Notes: a model not told the origin generated them from the letters alone. Counted from the stretch's first letter, positions 9,797 to 19,837 are shown. The stretch is DNA of 64,000 nucleotides from a candidate division FCPU426 bacterium (GCA_963738405.1 CAVTWJ010000002.1:32001-96000), one strand, 5' to 3'. Program-made: numbers and translations.

Positions 9797-10753
9797 TCAG
9801 CGCCTTCCTTCCATGGCATCGCCCGTGGGGTCCTGCATATAAAAAGCCACCTCCGCGCCGAAAAGAATAATGGTCCAGGAAATATAAAACCAAATCAGAA
9901 TCACGGGAAAAACCCAAAGGGCGCCGTAGACGTGGGAATGCTCCAAAACATGGACGGTATAGAGGTTCATCAGTTCCCGGGCGATTTCCAACGCCAGGGA
10001 GGCCATCAACCCGGCCCAAACCGCACCTCTCATCAGCACCTTCGTGTTGGGCACCAGCGCGTACATGAGCGTACAGCCCAGCCATAGGGCCATGAAGGGC
10101 AATAGAATCGGCACAAAGGAAAGGCCTAAAAGGGGCCTCAGCATGGACCAGCTCTCAATCCAAGTTTTAAAAGAAAGCCAAACAACCGCCAGAAGAGGCG
10201 TCGCCACCAAAAAAACAAAATGGCGTAAAACCTGGTGCCCAATCCGCCTGCCTTTGGGGATGCCCCAAAGATAGTTAAAAGAAGTTTCCACATCCCTCAG
10301 CAATAGAAACACCACCACCCCGAAAGCCGCAAGTCCCGTAATCCCTACCCGCCTTGCGTGGCTGGCGAATTTATCCATGGAGGACATGATCTCCTGCTTG
10401 CCCGCCTGGTTGAGTTCCTCCATCTTCGCGACATCCTGGCCGTCCAGGGTGGGGTCGTGGTCAAGGTCTTCCACCGGATAGATGAGGTCGACGATCTTGT
10501 CGAGGATCACGGCCCTCTTCTCGACAAAGGCGGAAGCGGAAAGAATGGCCATGCCGATGGCCAGGGCGGGAACCAGGGCCAGGATAGTTTTAAAGGCCAT
10601 GGAACTGGCGTAAAGGCGCTTGTGCCCCTGGGGGCGGTTTTTGTTATGCGCGAAGGTTTTCTTGATGGCGGTCAATACCAGGCTGAGGGTATGGCCCGAT
10701 CCCAACGCTTTTCTTTCCGTCAGGGGGCTTTTACCGCGATAATTCGATCCCAA
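9797..10753 (-). CDS. YihY/virulence factor BrkB family membrane protein
   Basis: FNYLWG, YALVPN, VYGAL..PVILIWFYISWTIILFGAE. Confidence 0.9.
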   Translation of the reverse strand: MGSNYRGKSPLTERKALGSGHTLSLVLTAIKKTFAHNKNRPQGHKRLYASSMAFKTILALVPALAIGMAILSASAFVEKRAVILDKIVDLIYPVEDLDHDPTLDGQDVAKMEELNQAGKQEIMSSMDKFASHARRVGITGLAAFGVVVFLLLRDVETSFNYLWGIPKGRRIGHQVLRHFVFLVATPLLAVVWLSFKTWIESWSMLRPLLGLSFVPILLPFMALWLGCTLMYALVPNTKVLMRGAVWAGLMASLALEIARELMNLYTVHVLEHSHVYGALWVFPVILIWFYISWTIILFGAEVAFYMQDPTGDAMEGRR

Positions 10754-10859
10754 AATCGCCTCGTTTGATTGAAGATGGGGACTGCGGGGTTATTTTAGAC
10801 AGGAAACCCCCGTTACCGTTATGTCATATCGTCAAAAATAAATTTTTCAGAGGTTTGAC

Positions 10860-11471
10860 TTGACCGAATCCCAAACTTATTCCCTCAAAAGCCGGACGCC
10901 CCCCGCCTGGGCGCCGCTAGCCCTCCAAGACCCCCTGGCTCTTTTGGCCGACCAGGCCTATCTGGAAAAAAAGGCCGCCAATAACGCCCTGGAATTCCTG
11001 AACATTTGGCCCTCGGCGCAGGCTCCCAAAGACTGGCTTTCTTCGGTCGCGGCGATTGCCAAGGATGAAACCCAGCATTTGGGCTTGGTTTTAAGGTTTT
11101 TGGAAAAAAGAGGGGGAGACCTGCCCCGAACCCACCGCAACCCCTACGCGCTTTCCCTTCAACAGCTCGTGCGCAAGGGCAAAGGCCCCGAGGAACTGGC
11201 GGATCGTCTATTGGTTTCAGCCTTGATTGAAATAAGGTCTTGCGAACGTTTTGAAAGGCTGGCCGAAGCCTCGCAAGACGCCGAACTTTCCAGGTTTTTT
11301 TCCTCGTTGGTTAAAAGCGAGAAGGGGCACCATCGAATTTTCGTGGAAATGGCCAAAAAAATATTGTCGGCGGAAAAGGTCAACGCCCGTTGGCGTTATT
11401 TAGCTGAAAAAGAGGCGGAAATCATCGAGGCTCAACAAGCGGGCCCAAGAATTCACAGCGGTTATTCCTGA
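10860..11471 (+). CDS. miaE: tRNA-(ms2io6A37) hydroxylase MiaE
   Basis: LEKKAA, DE.QH, LLVSALIEIRSCERF, SEKGH diiron motifs. Confidence 0.88.
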   Translation: MTESQTYSLKSRTPPAWAPLALQDPLALLADQAYLEKKAANNALEFLNIWPSAQAPKDWLSSVAAIAKDETQHLGLVLRFLEKRGGDLPRTHRNPYALSLQQLVRKGKGPEELADRLLVSALIEIRSCERFERLAEASQDAELSRFFSSLVKSEKGHHRIFVEMAKKILSAEKVNARWRYLAEKEAEIIEAQQAGPRIHSGYS

Positions 11472-12100
11472 GAGATCTGCGAAAGAACCTGTTTGAACAC
11501 CGAAACCGGCTGGGCCCCTGAAACGGCGGCTTTCTGGTTGAACACAAAAAAAGGAACGCCCGTCACGCCCAGGTCGTAAGCTTTTTCTTCCGATTCCCGC
11601 ACTTCACGCACGCCTTCGTCGCTTTTCAAAAAGGCTTCTACTTTCTTAGAATCCAACCCCACGGAGACGGCCAAACCTACCAGGGTTTCAGGAAGGGTCA
11701 GGTCTTTTCCATCGGTAAAATAACCTTTGAAAAAAGCATCGTGTAATTCCTTGGCCTTTCCCTCTTTTTCAGCCAACCAAAGAACCCGGTGCGCCTGGAA
11801 GGTATTGGGGATCTTTTGAATTCTGTCGAACTGATAATCCAACCCAGCTTCCTTTCCTAATTGAGTCAATCGGTCATGGGCTGCGGCCAAGGCCTTCTCG
11901 CTTCCCAATTTGGATGACAGGTAGGTGTGATGGTCGATGCCTTCTTCGGGGGTGGCGGGATTGAGTTCATAGGGCAAGAACCGCACCTGGACGGGGCCTC
12001 CGCCCCATTCGTCCAAGGCCGTCTCCAGGCGTTTCTTTCCCAGGTAGCACCAGGGACAAATCACATCGGAATAGACATCGATAGAAAGGGTTGGCGTCAT
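11462..12100 (-). CDS. DsbA-family (FrnE-like) oxidoreductase
   Basis: SDVICPWCYLG; GVTGVPFF; SGAQP. Confidence 0.92.
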   Translation of the reverse strand: MTPTLSIDVYSDVICPWCYLGKKRLETALDEWGGGPVQVRFLPYELNPATPEEGIDHHTYLSSKLGSEKALAAAHDRLTQLGKEAGLDYQFDRIQKIPNTFQAHRVLWLAEKEGKAKELHDAFFKGYFTDGKDLTLPETLVGLAVSVGLDSKKVEAFLKSDEGVREVRESEEKAYDLGVTGVPFFVFNQKAAVSGAQPVSVFKQVLSQISQE

Positions 12101-12183
12101 GGAATTCTCCTCACACAAGGAACATAGGTTTCCTAGTACAAGAAAAACAAGGGATGGGGGACGATTAGAATTGTTGGGACGCC

Positions 12184-12852
12184 CTATTTGCCCATCGTTT
12201 TTTTCAGGTCGTCGATGTTTTTCTGGGCATCGTTGTTTCCGTCCGCCAGGGCTTTCTGATACCAGACAAGCGCCTGCTGCTTATCTTGGGTTACGCCCAT
12301 GCCGTTCTCGTACATGACGCCCACGCCCCGCTCCGCGTTGGAATCGCCCTTGTCCGCGGCCTTTTTAAACCAGCTAAAGGATGCTTTATCGTCCTGCGCC
12401 ACACCTTCGGCTTGGTCGTACATCACCCCCACACAGACCATGCCGTTGGTATCCCCCATGTCGGCGGCCTTTTGATACCAGACAAGCGCTTGTTTGAAAT
12501 CCACCTTGACGCCGATACCGGATTCGTACATGGCGCCGACGCAAACATCCGCGCTGGAGTTGCCCATCGCCGCGGCCTTTTGGTACCAGGCTAGCGCCTG
12601 AGCGTTATCCACCGGCACTCCATCCCCGGCTTGGTACATGACGCCCAGGATACGGTCGGCGTCTGAGTGGCCAAGGGAAGCGGATTTTTTGAATAACTTC
12701 AGGGCCGAGGGATAGTCCTTGGCGGTAAAGGCGATAACTCCCTTGTCATATTCGGCTTTGCCCGGAGCTTTAGCGGCTAAAAGCGGCATGGGCAACGTCA
12801 TTCCTAATAGCAGTAACAAGACCAACCCGTTTAATCCGGCGATTCTTTTCAT
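12184..12852 (-). CDS. Secreted Sel1-repeat protein
   Basis: Signal peptide; repeated G.MY..G.GV..D..QA..WYQKAA. Confidence 0.92.
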   Translation of the reverse strand: MKRIAGLNGLVLLLLLGMTLPMPLLAAKAPGKAEYDKGVIAFTAKDYPSALKLFKKSASLGHSDADRILGVMYQAGDGVPVDNAQALAWYQKAAAMGNSSADVCVGAMYESGIGVKVDFKQALVWYQKAADMGDTNGMVCVGVMYDQAEGVAQDDKASFSWFKKAADKGDSNAERGVGVMYENGMGVTQDKQQALVWYQKALADGNNDAQKNIDDLKKTMGK

Positions 12853-12870
12853 TTTTTGTCTCCCTCAAAA

Positions 12871-13956
12871 TTATTTCACCATGCTGATTTTCATCTTATC
12901 GCCCTGCCGCAAGGTCATGACTACCGGCATTCCCTGAATGACCTGGCCAAAGACGGCGTATTTCCCGTCCAATTCGGGCTGGGCCGCGAGGCAGATGTAA
13001 AACTGGCTTGAGGCGGAATTGGGGTCGTTCGTCCGGGCCATCGCCACCGCCCCCTCAATGTGTTTATGTGATGAAATTTCCAGCGGAATCGTTTTGCCCG
13101 ACCCTCCGGCGCCCTTGCCAGTCGGGTCCCCACCTTGGATCACAAACCCGGGAACATAACGGTGGAAAGTGAGCCCGTCATAAAACCCCCGGTTGACCAG
13201 TTCGATGAAATTTTCAGTCGTCGTGGCAACATCGGGAAACAGTTTGATAATGATGGTACCCCGGTCGGTCTCAATCTTCGCCTCAAGATTACCTGTCGGG
13301 GGTTTGGGAGGGGGTGCGGAGGCCGGTTTTTCGGGCGCCGTATTAAGCGCCGTCTCCGCCTTGGACGCGGAGGGCGGCTTGGGCGGGTTCTTCACAAATT
13401 GGGCCATCTTGTCATATACCCAATGCATCAACCCGAATTGGTTGGGGGTCATGAGAAAGGTGGACTGATCCAGCTTAATTTGAATTTTCTTGGCGGTGTA
13501 AAGGGTTTTAAGCATGTCGGGGGTCACTGTGACATTAAATTCCTTCTGAGGCACATTCTTTGGATAATCGGTGTGATAACCAAAACTTATCCACTTCAAG
13601 GCTTTACCATCCACCAGCCAGGAAAAAGATTTTTGAGAGTAGGTCGTATTTTGGGAGCGGTAATAAAAGCTCAGATGGGCCAAAGGCTGTTCGGTCGAAA
13701 CTAAACCCGTTGATACGCATAAAAAAAATGGCGCGTCTTTTCCTTTGGCGTCTTTGAAGACCAGGTCGCTTTCCATCTTCGGATCGGGATAAATATTCAC
13801 CAAATGGTTCTTCGCGTCATTGCGCACAATAAGATATTTCTTTTTTTCCTCATCCGCGACGAACTTCAGGTATTGGGCTTTGGGTCCGGAATCAGAAAAG
13901 GCGGGAAAGGGTAGGCAGGAAAACAACAACAGGGATAGGGCCAGCAGTTTAAACAT
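12871..13956 (-). CDS. Secreted cyclophilin-type PPIase with an unrecognised N-terminal domain
   Basis: C-terminal [36 protein letters not shown]; signal peptide; Pro-rich linker. Confidence 0.9.
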   Translation of the reverse strand: MFKLLALSLLLFSCLPFPAFSDSGPKAQYLKFVADEEKKKYLIVRNDAKNHLVNIYPDPKMESDLVFKDAKGKDAPFFLCVSTGLVSTEQPLAHLSFYYRSQNTTYSQKSFSWLVDGKALKWISFGYHTDYPKNVPQKEFNVTVTPDMLKTLYTAKKIQIKLDQSTFLMTPNQFGLMHWVYDKMAQFVKNPPKPPSASKAETALNTAPEKPASAPPPKPPTGNLEAKIETDRGTIIIKLFPDVATTTENFIELVNRGFYDGLTFHRYVPGFVIQGGDPTGKGAGGSGKTIPLEISSHKHIEGAVAMARTNDPNSASSQFYICLAAQPELDGKYAVFGQVIQGMPVVMTLRQGDKMKISMVK

Positions 13957-14035
13957 AAATCCCTCCGGCTTTGGAATAGGGGCCGGGGAAATTATAAGCG
14001 GTTTAGGCCTAAGGGCGGGTTCAAATGCCGGTTAA
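13954..14035 (-). promoter_or_regulatory. Shared promoter/leader element, copy 1
   Basis: Similar to 15054-15137; TATAAT -10 box; hairpin covering the RBS. Confidence 0.55.
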
Positions 14036-14123
14036 AAATCCCCTCTTTGCGGGGTTAGGTGCCTTTGGTATGGTCGCCACAAGGCCCCTTATCGATTGGG
14101 CTAGAAATGGCACGGAGGTAGGT

Positions 14124-15056
14124 TTAGGGCTTGCGGCTATAAAAAACATAGTGGTATTTCACGGCTTTATTATATTCGGAAGGCGCGAGGGGCCTGTCGC
14201 CGCTGAGGGTCAAGTAGGAGGTGTCCTCGGCTAGATTCGCGTAAATTTGTTTTACACGACCATCTTTCGCGCGGACTTCCCAACGGATGTCTTTTAATAA
14301 TGGCCCGTTCGGGACGCCATAAATATCCCCTTGAACCGCCGAGCCATTTAAAGCCCAAGCCGCGTATTCATCCAACTTCACGGTCCCATCCGCCAAAAAA
14401 GAGAAGGTGATCGGCCAGGGTTGGCCGGGATTCGGCGAAAGTTGATTCCAACTGGTTCCATAGCAATCGGCGTCGTTACATCCGCCATTGAACTTCTCAT
14501 TCCCCGACCCGACACCGCAGAAACGGGCATACCACGTCCCCTCTAATTTATTAATGGCGGCGGCCGAATCGGTGTTCTTGGCCAATTTTTCGGCCGCGTA
14601 TTCTAGGGAACCGATTCTTTCCATAACGCTTTTACGGTCTTTGGCGTGGGGTTTTGCCAACAGGTATAACTTAAAATCGTTTATGGCGGTCAAAGGATCA
14701 TTCGCTTTTTCCCGGGCGGAACCGCAGTCGTAATAAGCTTCCGCGAGCCAGGGGGCCAAAGACAAGGCTTGATGGAGGACATCCGCCGCTTGTTTATAAT
14801 CCTCGGGGCTTTTCGCGTCCTTCATGATGGCTTTAGCCTTTCCGATCAACACATCCACTTCCTCGGGCGTTTCGGGTTTTTTCGGCATGTTTAAGACCAG
14901 TTGGATGATTTTCGCACGGAGGTCGAAAGAATCAGGTCCCTTTTGAACCTGGGCGACCCAATCCGCCAATTGGGCCTTCGAAGAAGTGGCGGCAAAGGAA
15001 GAAATGGAGAAAGAGAATAAAAACAAAATGAAAAGGGCCAACGGCAATTTAGACAT
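14124..15056 (-). CDS. Secreted TPR-containing hypothetical protein
   Basis: Signal peptide; ALSLAPWLAEAYYDCG...AINDFKLYL TPR-like segment. Confidence 0.7.
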   Translation of the reverse strand: MSKLPLALFILFLFSFSISSFAATSSKAQLADWVAQVQKGPDSFDLRAKIIQLVLNMPKKPETPEEVDVLIGKAKAIMKDAKSPEDYKQAADVLHQALSLAPWLAEAYYDCGSAREKANDPLTAINDFKLYLLAKPHAKDRKSVMERIGSLEYAAEKLAKNTDSAAAINKLEGTWYARFCGVGSGNEKFNGGCNDADCYGTSWNQLSPNPGQPWPITFSFLADGTVKLDEYAAWALNGSAVQGDIYGVPNGPLLKDIRWEVRAKDGRVKQIYANLAEDTSYLTLSGDRPLAPSEYNKAVKYHYVFYSRKP

Positions 15057-15137
15057 ACTTCCCCCCGTTTGGAATGGACACTTGAGGGGGGAAGTATACG
15101 TCTATTAGACCCAAGGGCGGGTTTTAAAGCGGGTTAA
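15054..15137 (-). promoter_or_regulatory. Shared promoter/leader element, copy 2
   Basis: TATACT -10 box; 12-bp perfect inverted repeat ATACTTCCCCCC/GGGGGGAAGTAT spanning the RBS. Confidence 0.55.
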
Positions 15138-15577
15138 GGTTTTTGCAGAACGATAGATCCAGTCTCAAGCAGGGACTTCAGATTGGAGATCACCATTGGC
15201 CAGGCGACGGAAACCGCCATGATGAATTTCGAGGGTTCGCAATCGATGGTATGGGCGAGTGAAAACTTGACGGCCGTTCCCTTGGGTTCCAGTTCCATCA
15301 CGCAGTGGGACACCCCTTCGGCCTTGAACTCGGGATTGGCCTGATGCTGCCAGCGGATCACAAGCCGGCGCGGCGGCGCGGCTTCGACGATTTCCCCGTC
15401 GTCGGTGAGGCGTCCGTCGGGATAAACCAACTTCCAAGGTGATCCCGCAGTCCATTGGCTTTCGCAGCGGACGTCGAACCAGTACTGCTTGATGGCATCA
15501 GCGTCGGTCAGCGCGGACCATAATTTTTCCGGAGTGGTTCGGATGTAGGTCACGTAAACAAATCTCGATTGAGCCAT
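15134..15577 (-). CDS. SRPBCC (AHSA1-like) domain protein
   Basis: VYVTYIRTTPEKLWSALT...PPRRLVIRW...WPMVISNLKSLLETG. Confidence 0.9.
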   Translation of the reverse strand: MAQSRFVYVTYIRTTPEKLWSALTDADAIKQYWFDVRCESQWTAGSPWKLVYPDGRLTDDGEIVEAAPPRRLVIRWQHQANPEFKAEGVSHCVMELEPKGTAVKFSLAHTIDCEPSKFIMAVSVAWPMVISNLKSLLETGSIVLQKP

Positions 15578-15582
15578 GTCTT

Positions 15583-15903
15583 CTACACCTTTTCTTTCGA
15601 GGCCTGCTCCATTGAAACTTCCGGGAGCACCTCGTGCGTGAAGCCGAATTTCAACCCAGGCGATTTTTTGGCCAGCGCAACGGCCTGTTCAAGGTTTTCG
15701 GCCTCATAAATGATTACTCCCCCAATATCCCCACTGTATTCATCGATCTGCTTTGCGGTAACACTTTTTCCGCCCCTAATCGGCATCGCTATTTCGGGTT
15801 TAAGCAAACCAACCCACTCCCCCATATCTTTAAGATTTTTCTCCCTTTCACTCTCGGGAATTTCAGCGCCATCCGTATGCCGCGAAATCAAAACAAATTT
15901 CAT
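15583..15903 (-). CDS. YciI-like protein
   Basis: MKFVL...IGGVIIYEAENLEQAVALAKKSP pattern. Confidence 0.7.
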   Translation of the reverse strand: MKFVLISRHTDGAEIPESEREKNLKDMGEWVGLLKPEIAMPIRGGKSVTAKQIDEYSGDIGGVIIYEAENLEQAVALAKKSPGLKFGFTHEVLPEVSMEQASKEKV

Positions 15904-16001
15904 AAAATGCTCCTTTTAGGTCTATCGGTTAATTTTCGAGTCTTGCTCCAAAGCGGCCTCGGGGATAAACCGGACCGCTTTACCCCGCTTGGTTTTAAAC
16001 A

Positions 16002-16460
16002 CTACCGGCCACGCCATCCCTTGGGTTCCTTCACGTCCTTCGGCGAACCAGTTCCAAAAGTTTTAGTCAATTTATCGAGGAAGTAATTCCAGCCGTCCTT
16101 GTGGGCCTTCGACAATTCATTATTGGGAAGGCCCGAATGTACCAGCGTCATTAGGGTGTTCTTCCCCTTTTTCTTGAAGGTCGTCGTGACTATCGATTCT
16201 TCCCCCGAGGTATAACGGGACATCCAGGTATGCTGTATCCGGGCTGGCCTTTGGACCTGTGTGAATCGCCCATAATGGGAAGTCCCATGGATGAGCCAGT
16301 AAAAGAACCCGTCCACTTTGGGTTCAAGGATCAACTTGTCGTTCTCGTTCCAGGGAGTGCCCGGAGTTTTGGGGTCCAGCCATCCGTCAAATACCTTCCC
16401 CGGAGCCGCAGGAATCAGCCTTTCAAACTTCAATTCAACCGTCTTCTTAGCCTTTTTCAT
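16002..16460 (-). CDS. SRPBCC domain protein
   Basis: ERLIPAAPGKVFDGWLDP...TLVHSGLP...HKDGWNYFLDKL. Confidence 0.88.
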   Translation of the reverse strand: MKKAKKTVELKFERLIPAAPGKVFDGWLDPKTPGTPWNENDKLILEPKVDGFFYWLIHGTSHYGRFTQVQRPARIQHTWMSRYTSGEESIVTTTFKKKGKNTLMTLVHSGLPNNELSKAHKDGWNYFLDKLTKTFGTGSPKDVKEPKGWRGR

Positions 16461-16792
16461 TTCTTTCTCCCCTTTTTCTCTTTTTGTTCCCTGAAATGCC
16501 CCTCAAATTGGTCGAGCTTTTGGTTCCAGAACCGTTCGTATCCCTGCACCAAGCCCGCCACCTCTTGAAGGGGTTCCCCCCGAAAGGAAATGAGGACTTC
16601 CCGGCCCTGTTTCTTGCGCTCGATCAGCCCGGCCCTTTCCAGGATTTTCAAGTGTTTGGTCACCGCGTTCAGTGCTGTGTCAAAGGGTTTTGCCACATCT
16701 AAAAACCGGGCGGGCCCTTTGGATAGCCGCTCAATAATCGCCCGCCTTGTGGGGTGCGAAAGAGCATTCAGCACATCCGTCAATTGATCCAT
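16457..16792 (-). CDS. ArsR family regulator (SRPBCC-associated)
   Basis: ALSHPTRRAII, AVTKHLKILERAGLI, FWNQKLDQ. Confidence 0.92.
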   Translation of the reverse strand: MDQLTDVLNALSHPTRRAIIERLSKGPARFLDVAKPFDTALNAVTKHLKILERAGLIERKKQGREVLISFRGEPLQEVAGLVQGYERFWNQKLDQFEGHFREQKEKKGRKK

Positions 16793-16798
16793 GCCGAT

Positions 16799-16827
16799 AT
16801 TACACCCTATGGTGTAACGTAAAGCAA
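16799..16827 (-). promoter_or_regulatory. Promoter with palindromic ArsR operator
   Basis: TTGCTT-N17-TGTAAT; palindrome TTACACC-N4-GGTGTAA at 16800-16817. Confidence 0.7.
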
Positions 16828-16897
16828 GTCTTTTTTGGAGAATATTTATTGGGTGGATATTTCAAAAGAGAGGCGAGGATGTGTATCTGAACCTTCG

Positions 16898-17758
16898 CTA
16901 GATGGTCGCCACAAGAATTTCCTCAGAATTATTTGGCGGGCGAAGGCCGTCCGTTCTGCCCGCAAAATAGCGCTGGGCAAGGTCCGCTGCTGAAACATGC
17001 CTTACTTCGCTAAAACCCGCTTCCCGGGCCAAGGCCAGCATCTCCTCCGGCGTGAAGAAACTGAGAAAGGGGGTCCCGCTCGCCTGCGCCCCCTTGACCG
17101 CCCTCTCCAGTCCGGGGCGAACATCGGGGTCCGCGAGTTCCAAAGGCACTAAAAACGTCATGGCGAAGGTGGTTCCCGGTGCAAGCTGGACAATCTGTCG
17201 CAACAGGGCGGCGTTTGCCTCTTTCGTGAGGTACATACTGACCCCGGTAGATACAATGACCGCCTTCTGGTTGGGGAAAAATCCAGCTTTCTTGATTTGC
17301 TCCAACCAGGAATTTCCCGCCTCAAAATCGACCGGCACGAATCTCAGCCATTCGGGGATTCCAAAATCCAATTCCATAAGCCGCTGGCGTTTCCAGGCCT
17401 GGGGACCCGGTTGATCGATCTCGAAAACCTTCAAACCCGAGGCAATCTCGGCCCTGCGCTGAGCGAAAGTGTCGAGACCGGCTCCGAGGATGATGTATTG
17501 GCGAACGCCCAGCGCGGCCTGTTCCACCACCAGGTCCTCGATGAAACGGGCACGGGCCAGGATGGAGGCGCGGAAGGGTTTGGTGAAATCGGGGTGCATG
17601 TCCGGGCGGTCGCGCCAAAGCGCCTCTGGGGCCACAAGCTTCAGGCCGATCTCGTCCACAAACACGTGCGGAAGCGGGTCGATTTGGAGGTGAAGGGCAC
17701 GCCATAGGGCGACTCGGACGGCCGAGGATTCCGGTCCCACCGTTTGTTGGTCTGTCAT
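16898..17758 (-). CDS. Class I SAM-dependent methyltransferase (LCM-like)
   Basis: ARARFIED, ILGAGLDTFA, VFEIDQP, VPVDFE. Confidence 0.92.
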   Translation of the reverse strand: MTDQQTVGPESSAVRVALWRALHLQIDPLPHVFVDEIGLKLVAPEALWRDRPDMHPDFTKPFRASILARARFIEDLVVEQAALGVRQYIILGAGLDTFAQRRAEIASGLKVFEIDQPGPQAWKRQRLMELDFGIPEWLRFVPVDFEAGNSWLEQIKKAGFFPNQKAVIVSTGVSMYLTKEANAALLRQIVQLAPGTTFAMTFLVPLELADPDVRPGLERAVKGAQASGTPFLSFFTPEEMLALAREAGFSEVRHVSAADLAQRYFAGRTDGLRPPNNSEEILVATI

Positions 17759-17800
17759 CCTATCCTCATTCCCGGTTCACACCGGCTTCCCCAAAAGCCT

Positions 17801-17938
17801 TCAAAAGAACATTTGAAAAAACACACGAACTGTAAAAGCGATGAACCAATAGGCCATGTAAGCGAAGGCCGCGACGGTTAAGGCCAGGACCACCCATTTG
17901 AGGGGGCTGTTGGAGAAAGCCAGTTTGGATAATTTCAC
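17801..17938 (-). CDS. Putative 45-aa single-TM protein (not in ORF track)
   Basis: GTG start after AAAGGA; MKLSKLAFSNSPLKWVVLALTVAAFAYMAYWFIAFTVRVFFQMFF. Confidence 0.5.
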   Translation of the reverse strand: MKLSKLAFSNSPLKWVVLALTVAAFAYMAYWFIAFTVRVFFQMFF

Positions 17939-17956
17939 AATAATCCTTTTTCAATA

Positions 17957-17982
17957 GACCACAAGGGGTCACCGTCCTGGAC
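17957..17982. repeat. 26-bp REP-like palindrome (degenerate copy)
   Basis: GACCACAAGGGGTCACCGTCCTGGAC. Confidence 0.7.
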
Positions 17983-18028
17983 CCCTATTGAATCTTGCTC
18001 GACAGGATAACCCTTTGCGTCGGGACCT

Positions 18029-18571
18029 TTAATAAAAACCATTCCATAGCCAAAAGCGAAGTGCCATGTATAAGAAGAGGCCGATATCGATCCCCGCCGC
18101 GATGAACAAAAACTTACGTGGTCGTTTGAATCGGGTGATGATGGCAAAGAGGAGGAACCCAAACCCTAGAATAACGGCCCCAAAAACACGAAGCATGGCG
18201 ATGAAAACCACCATGGCCAACCAGTTTTGTGGCCAAAAATGAAATTGCCTGACCGCGATCATAAAACACTCCGCGGGAGGCCCCGTGAGAGCCAGACCGA
18301 GGGCGAGGATGGAGAAAAGGTTCCAAAATTTTTCATCCGACCGCAAAAAGAAAAGCGCCAAAGCGGTTGGAAAGACGCATAAAAAAGCAAAGACCGCGAT
18401 GAAAAGGATCATTTCCCCGCCTGCCACCATCCCCGGGGATTGGGCTTGAAACTGAGTGGTCGCCAAGTCGTCCAAATAAGCCGCTAAGAAAGCGCCGGCC
18501 AATGCCAAAACATAACCCGCGAGGACTAAACTGATTTTCGTATTTTTTTTCACGGGTGTCCGATCTGTCAT
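18029..18571 (-). CDS. Hypothetical multi-pass membrane protein
   Basis: About 5 hydrophobic segments in 180 aa. Confidence 0.7.
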   Translation of the reverse strand: MTDRTPVKKNTKISLVLAGYVLALAGAFLAAYLDDLATTQFQAQSPGMVAGGEMILFIAVFAFLCVFPTALALFFLRSDEKFWNLFSILALGLALTGPPAECFMIAVRQFHFWPQNWLAMVVFIAMLRVFGAVILGFGFLLFAIITRFKRPRKFLFIAAGIDIGLFLYMALRFWLWNGFY

Positions 18572-18670
18572 TAAATGAAATCCCTATTCTTTAAAGCCGC
18601 AAACCCAAATAAATAACTTATGTGCTTGGTACCCTGTAAGTTTATTACCTTTTTCAGTAATCGTCTTTGC

Positions 18671-19744
18671 TCACTTGAGAATCCCCCGAACGAAAAAGTA
18701 AACGCTCACCCCGATCAAGCCCAACCCCCAGAGGATCAAGGTCAAGGCGCTGCGGCCATCCTGTTTTTCCAGGTTCTCCCGGCTCTTGTCCGAAATGATA
18801 AACAGATCCCCAGGCCGAGACCCCTTACCCAGGAAAACCATCCCCTCGTCGCTCTCCTCAAGGCCGGTCTTTTGCTGGCATACAGCCATAACAAAAACCC
18901 TTTGCCCCTCCTGAAAGTGGCGTTCGGTGAACCGCAATGTGCTATCCATTCTCCCTGCCAGCCCCATTTCCACCAGGATGGTCTGCATCGGTTTAGGAAT
19001 GTCATTACTACGGACGGTTACCAATGAATAGGCACCGGAAAACTTGGTATCCGCCCCTTCTGGATGAATATGGGCTTTACCGGTGCCATCATCGATCGTG
19101 AAAGGAGTGGTTTGGGAGCCGCCGCTTTCGAGGGTCATCCAATCAGCTGTCTTACCGGTAGACACAAATTGTTCGATTTGACACTCGAAATAAACGCAGG
19201 GTTTTAGGGTGAAGGGGGTTTGTAAGGCGGCTGTACCCGCGGCGTTACCGCTGATTTCCACCTGTCCGGGGGCCATGGCCCTGATAGTGGAGAAGGGAAT
19301 ATTTTCCATCAGTCTTTTTCGGGACAACTTGAAGAAAGTAAGGACAAAAGATTGCAAACCAAACAGCAGGCCGAAACCCTCAAACATGTAAAACATTATC
19401 CTTTGATCGCGGGTAACGTACAGGAAGTAAAAACCGATGAGGAAGCCTATGACGAAGATGAAGATAGAGACCAGGAGAAACTTTGCTTCCAGGCTCTTCG
19501 GGTCCACTTTTTCATCGCCACTTGAAGTATGAAGGGTAATTTGGGACGGTCCCGACCTCCAGGTGTACCCGCCGATCTGGTGAGTGGTCCAGCCGTTTTC
19601 TGGCGTTTCTTGCTTTTCCCTGAGTTTTCGAGCCATATCTCCCGTGAGGATAACATCCGGATTGTATTTCGCGAAAATCAACCCACAGCCTTCGCAAGTC
19701 GTGTTGGCGTCCGGCTGTTCAAAATGGCAGGAAGGACATTGCAA
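18671..19744 (-). CDS. Membrane protein with N-terminal zinc ribbon and GIDE-like domain
   Basis: CPSC...CEGC; two TMs; RLMENIPFSTIRAMAPGQVEISG, PFTIDDGTG; C-terminal TM. Confidence 0.75.
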   Translation of the reverse strand: MQCPSCHFEQPDANTTCEGCGLIFAKYNPDVILTGDMARKLREKQETPENGWTTHQIGGYTWRSGPSQITLHTSSGDEKVDPKSLEAKFLLVSIFIFVIGFLIGFYFLYVTRDQRIMFYMFEGFGLLFGLQSFVLTFFKLSRKRLMENIPFSTIRAMAPGQVEISGNAAGTAALQTPFTLKPCVYFECQIEQFVSTGKTADWMTLESGGSQTTPFTIDDGTGKAHIHPEGADTKFSGAYSLVTVRSNDIPKPMQTILVEMGLAGRMDSTLRFTERHFQEGQRVFVMAVCQQKTGLEESDEGMVFLGKGSRPGDLFIISDKSRENLEKQDGRSALTLILWGLGLIGVSVYFFVRGILK

Positions 19745-19837
19745 CGTGTTAACCTCGATTAAAAGGATTAATGCTTAAAAATCCTCAGCACTTTTTCCCT
19801 CCCCATATTGAATATCCAAAGCGGTACTTTTTCTTTT

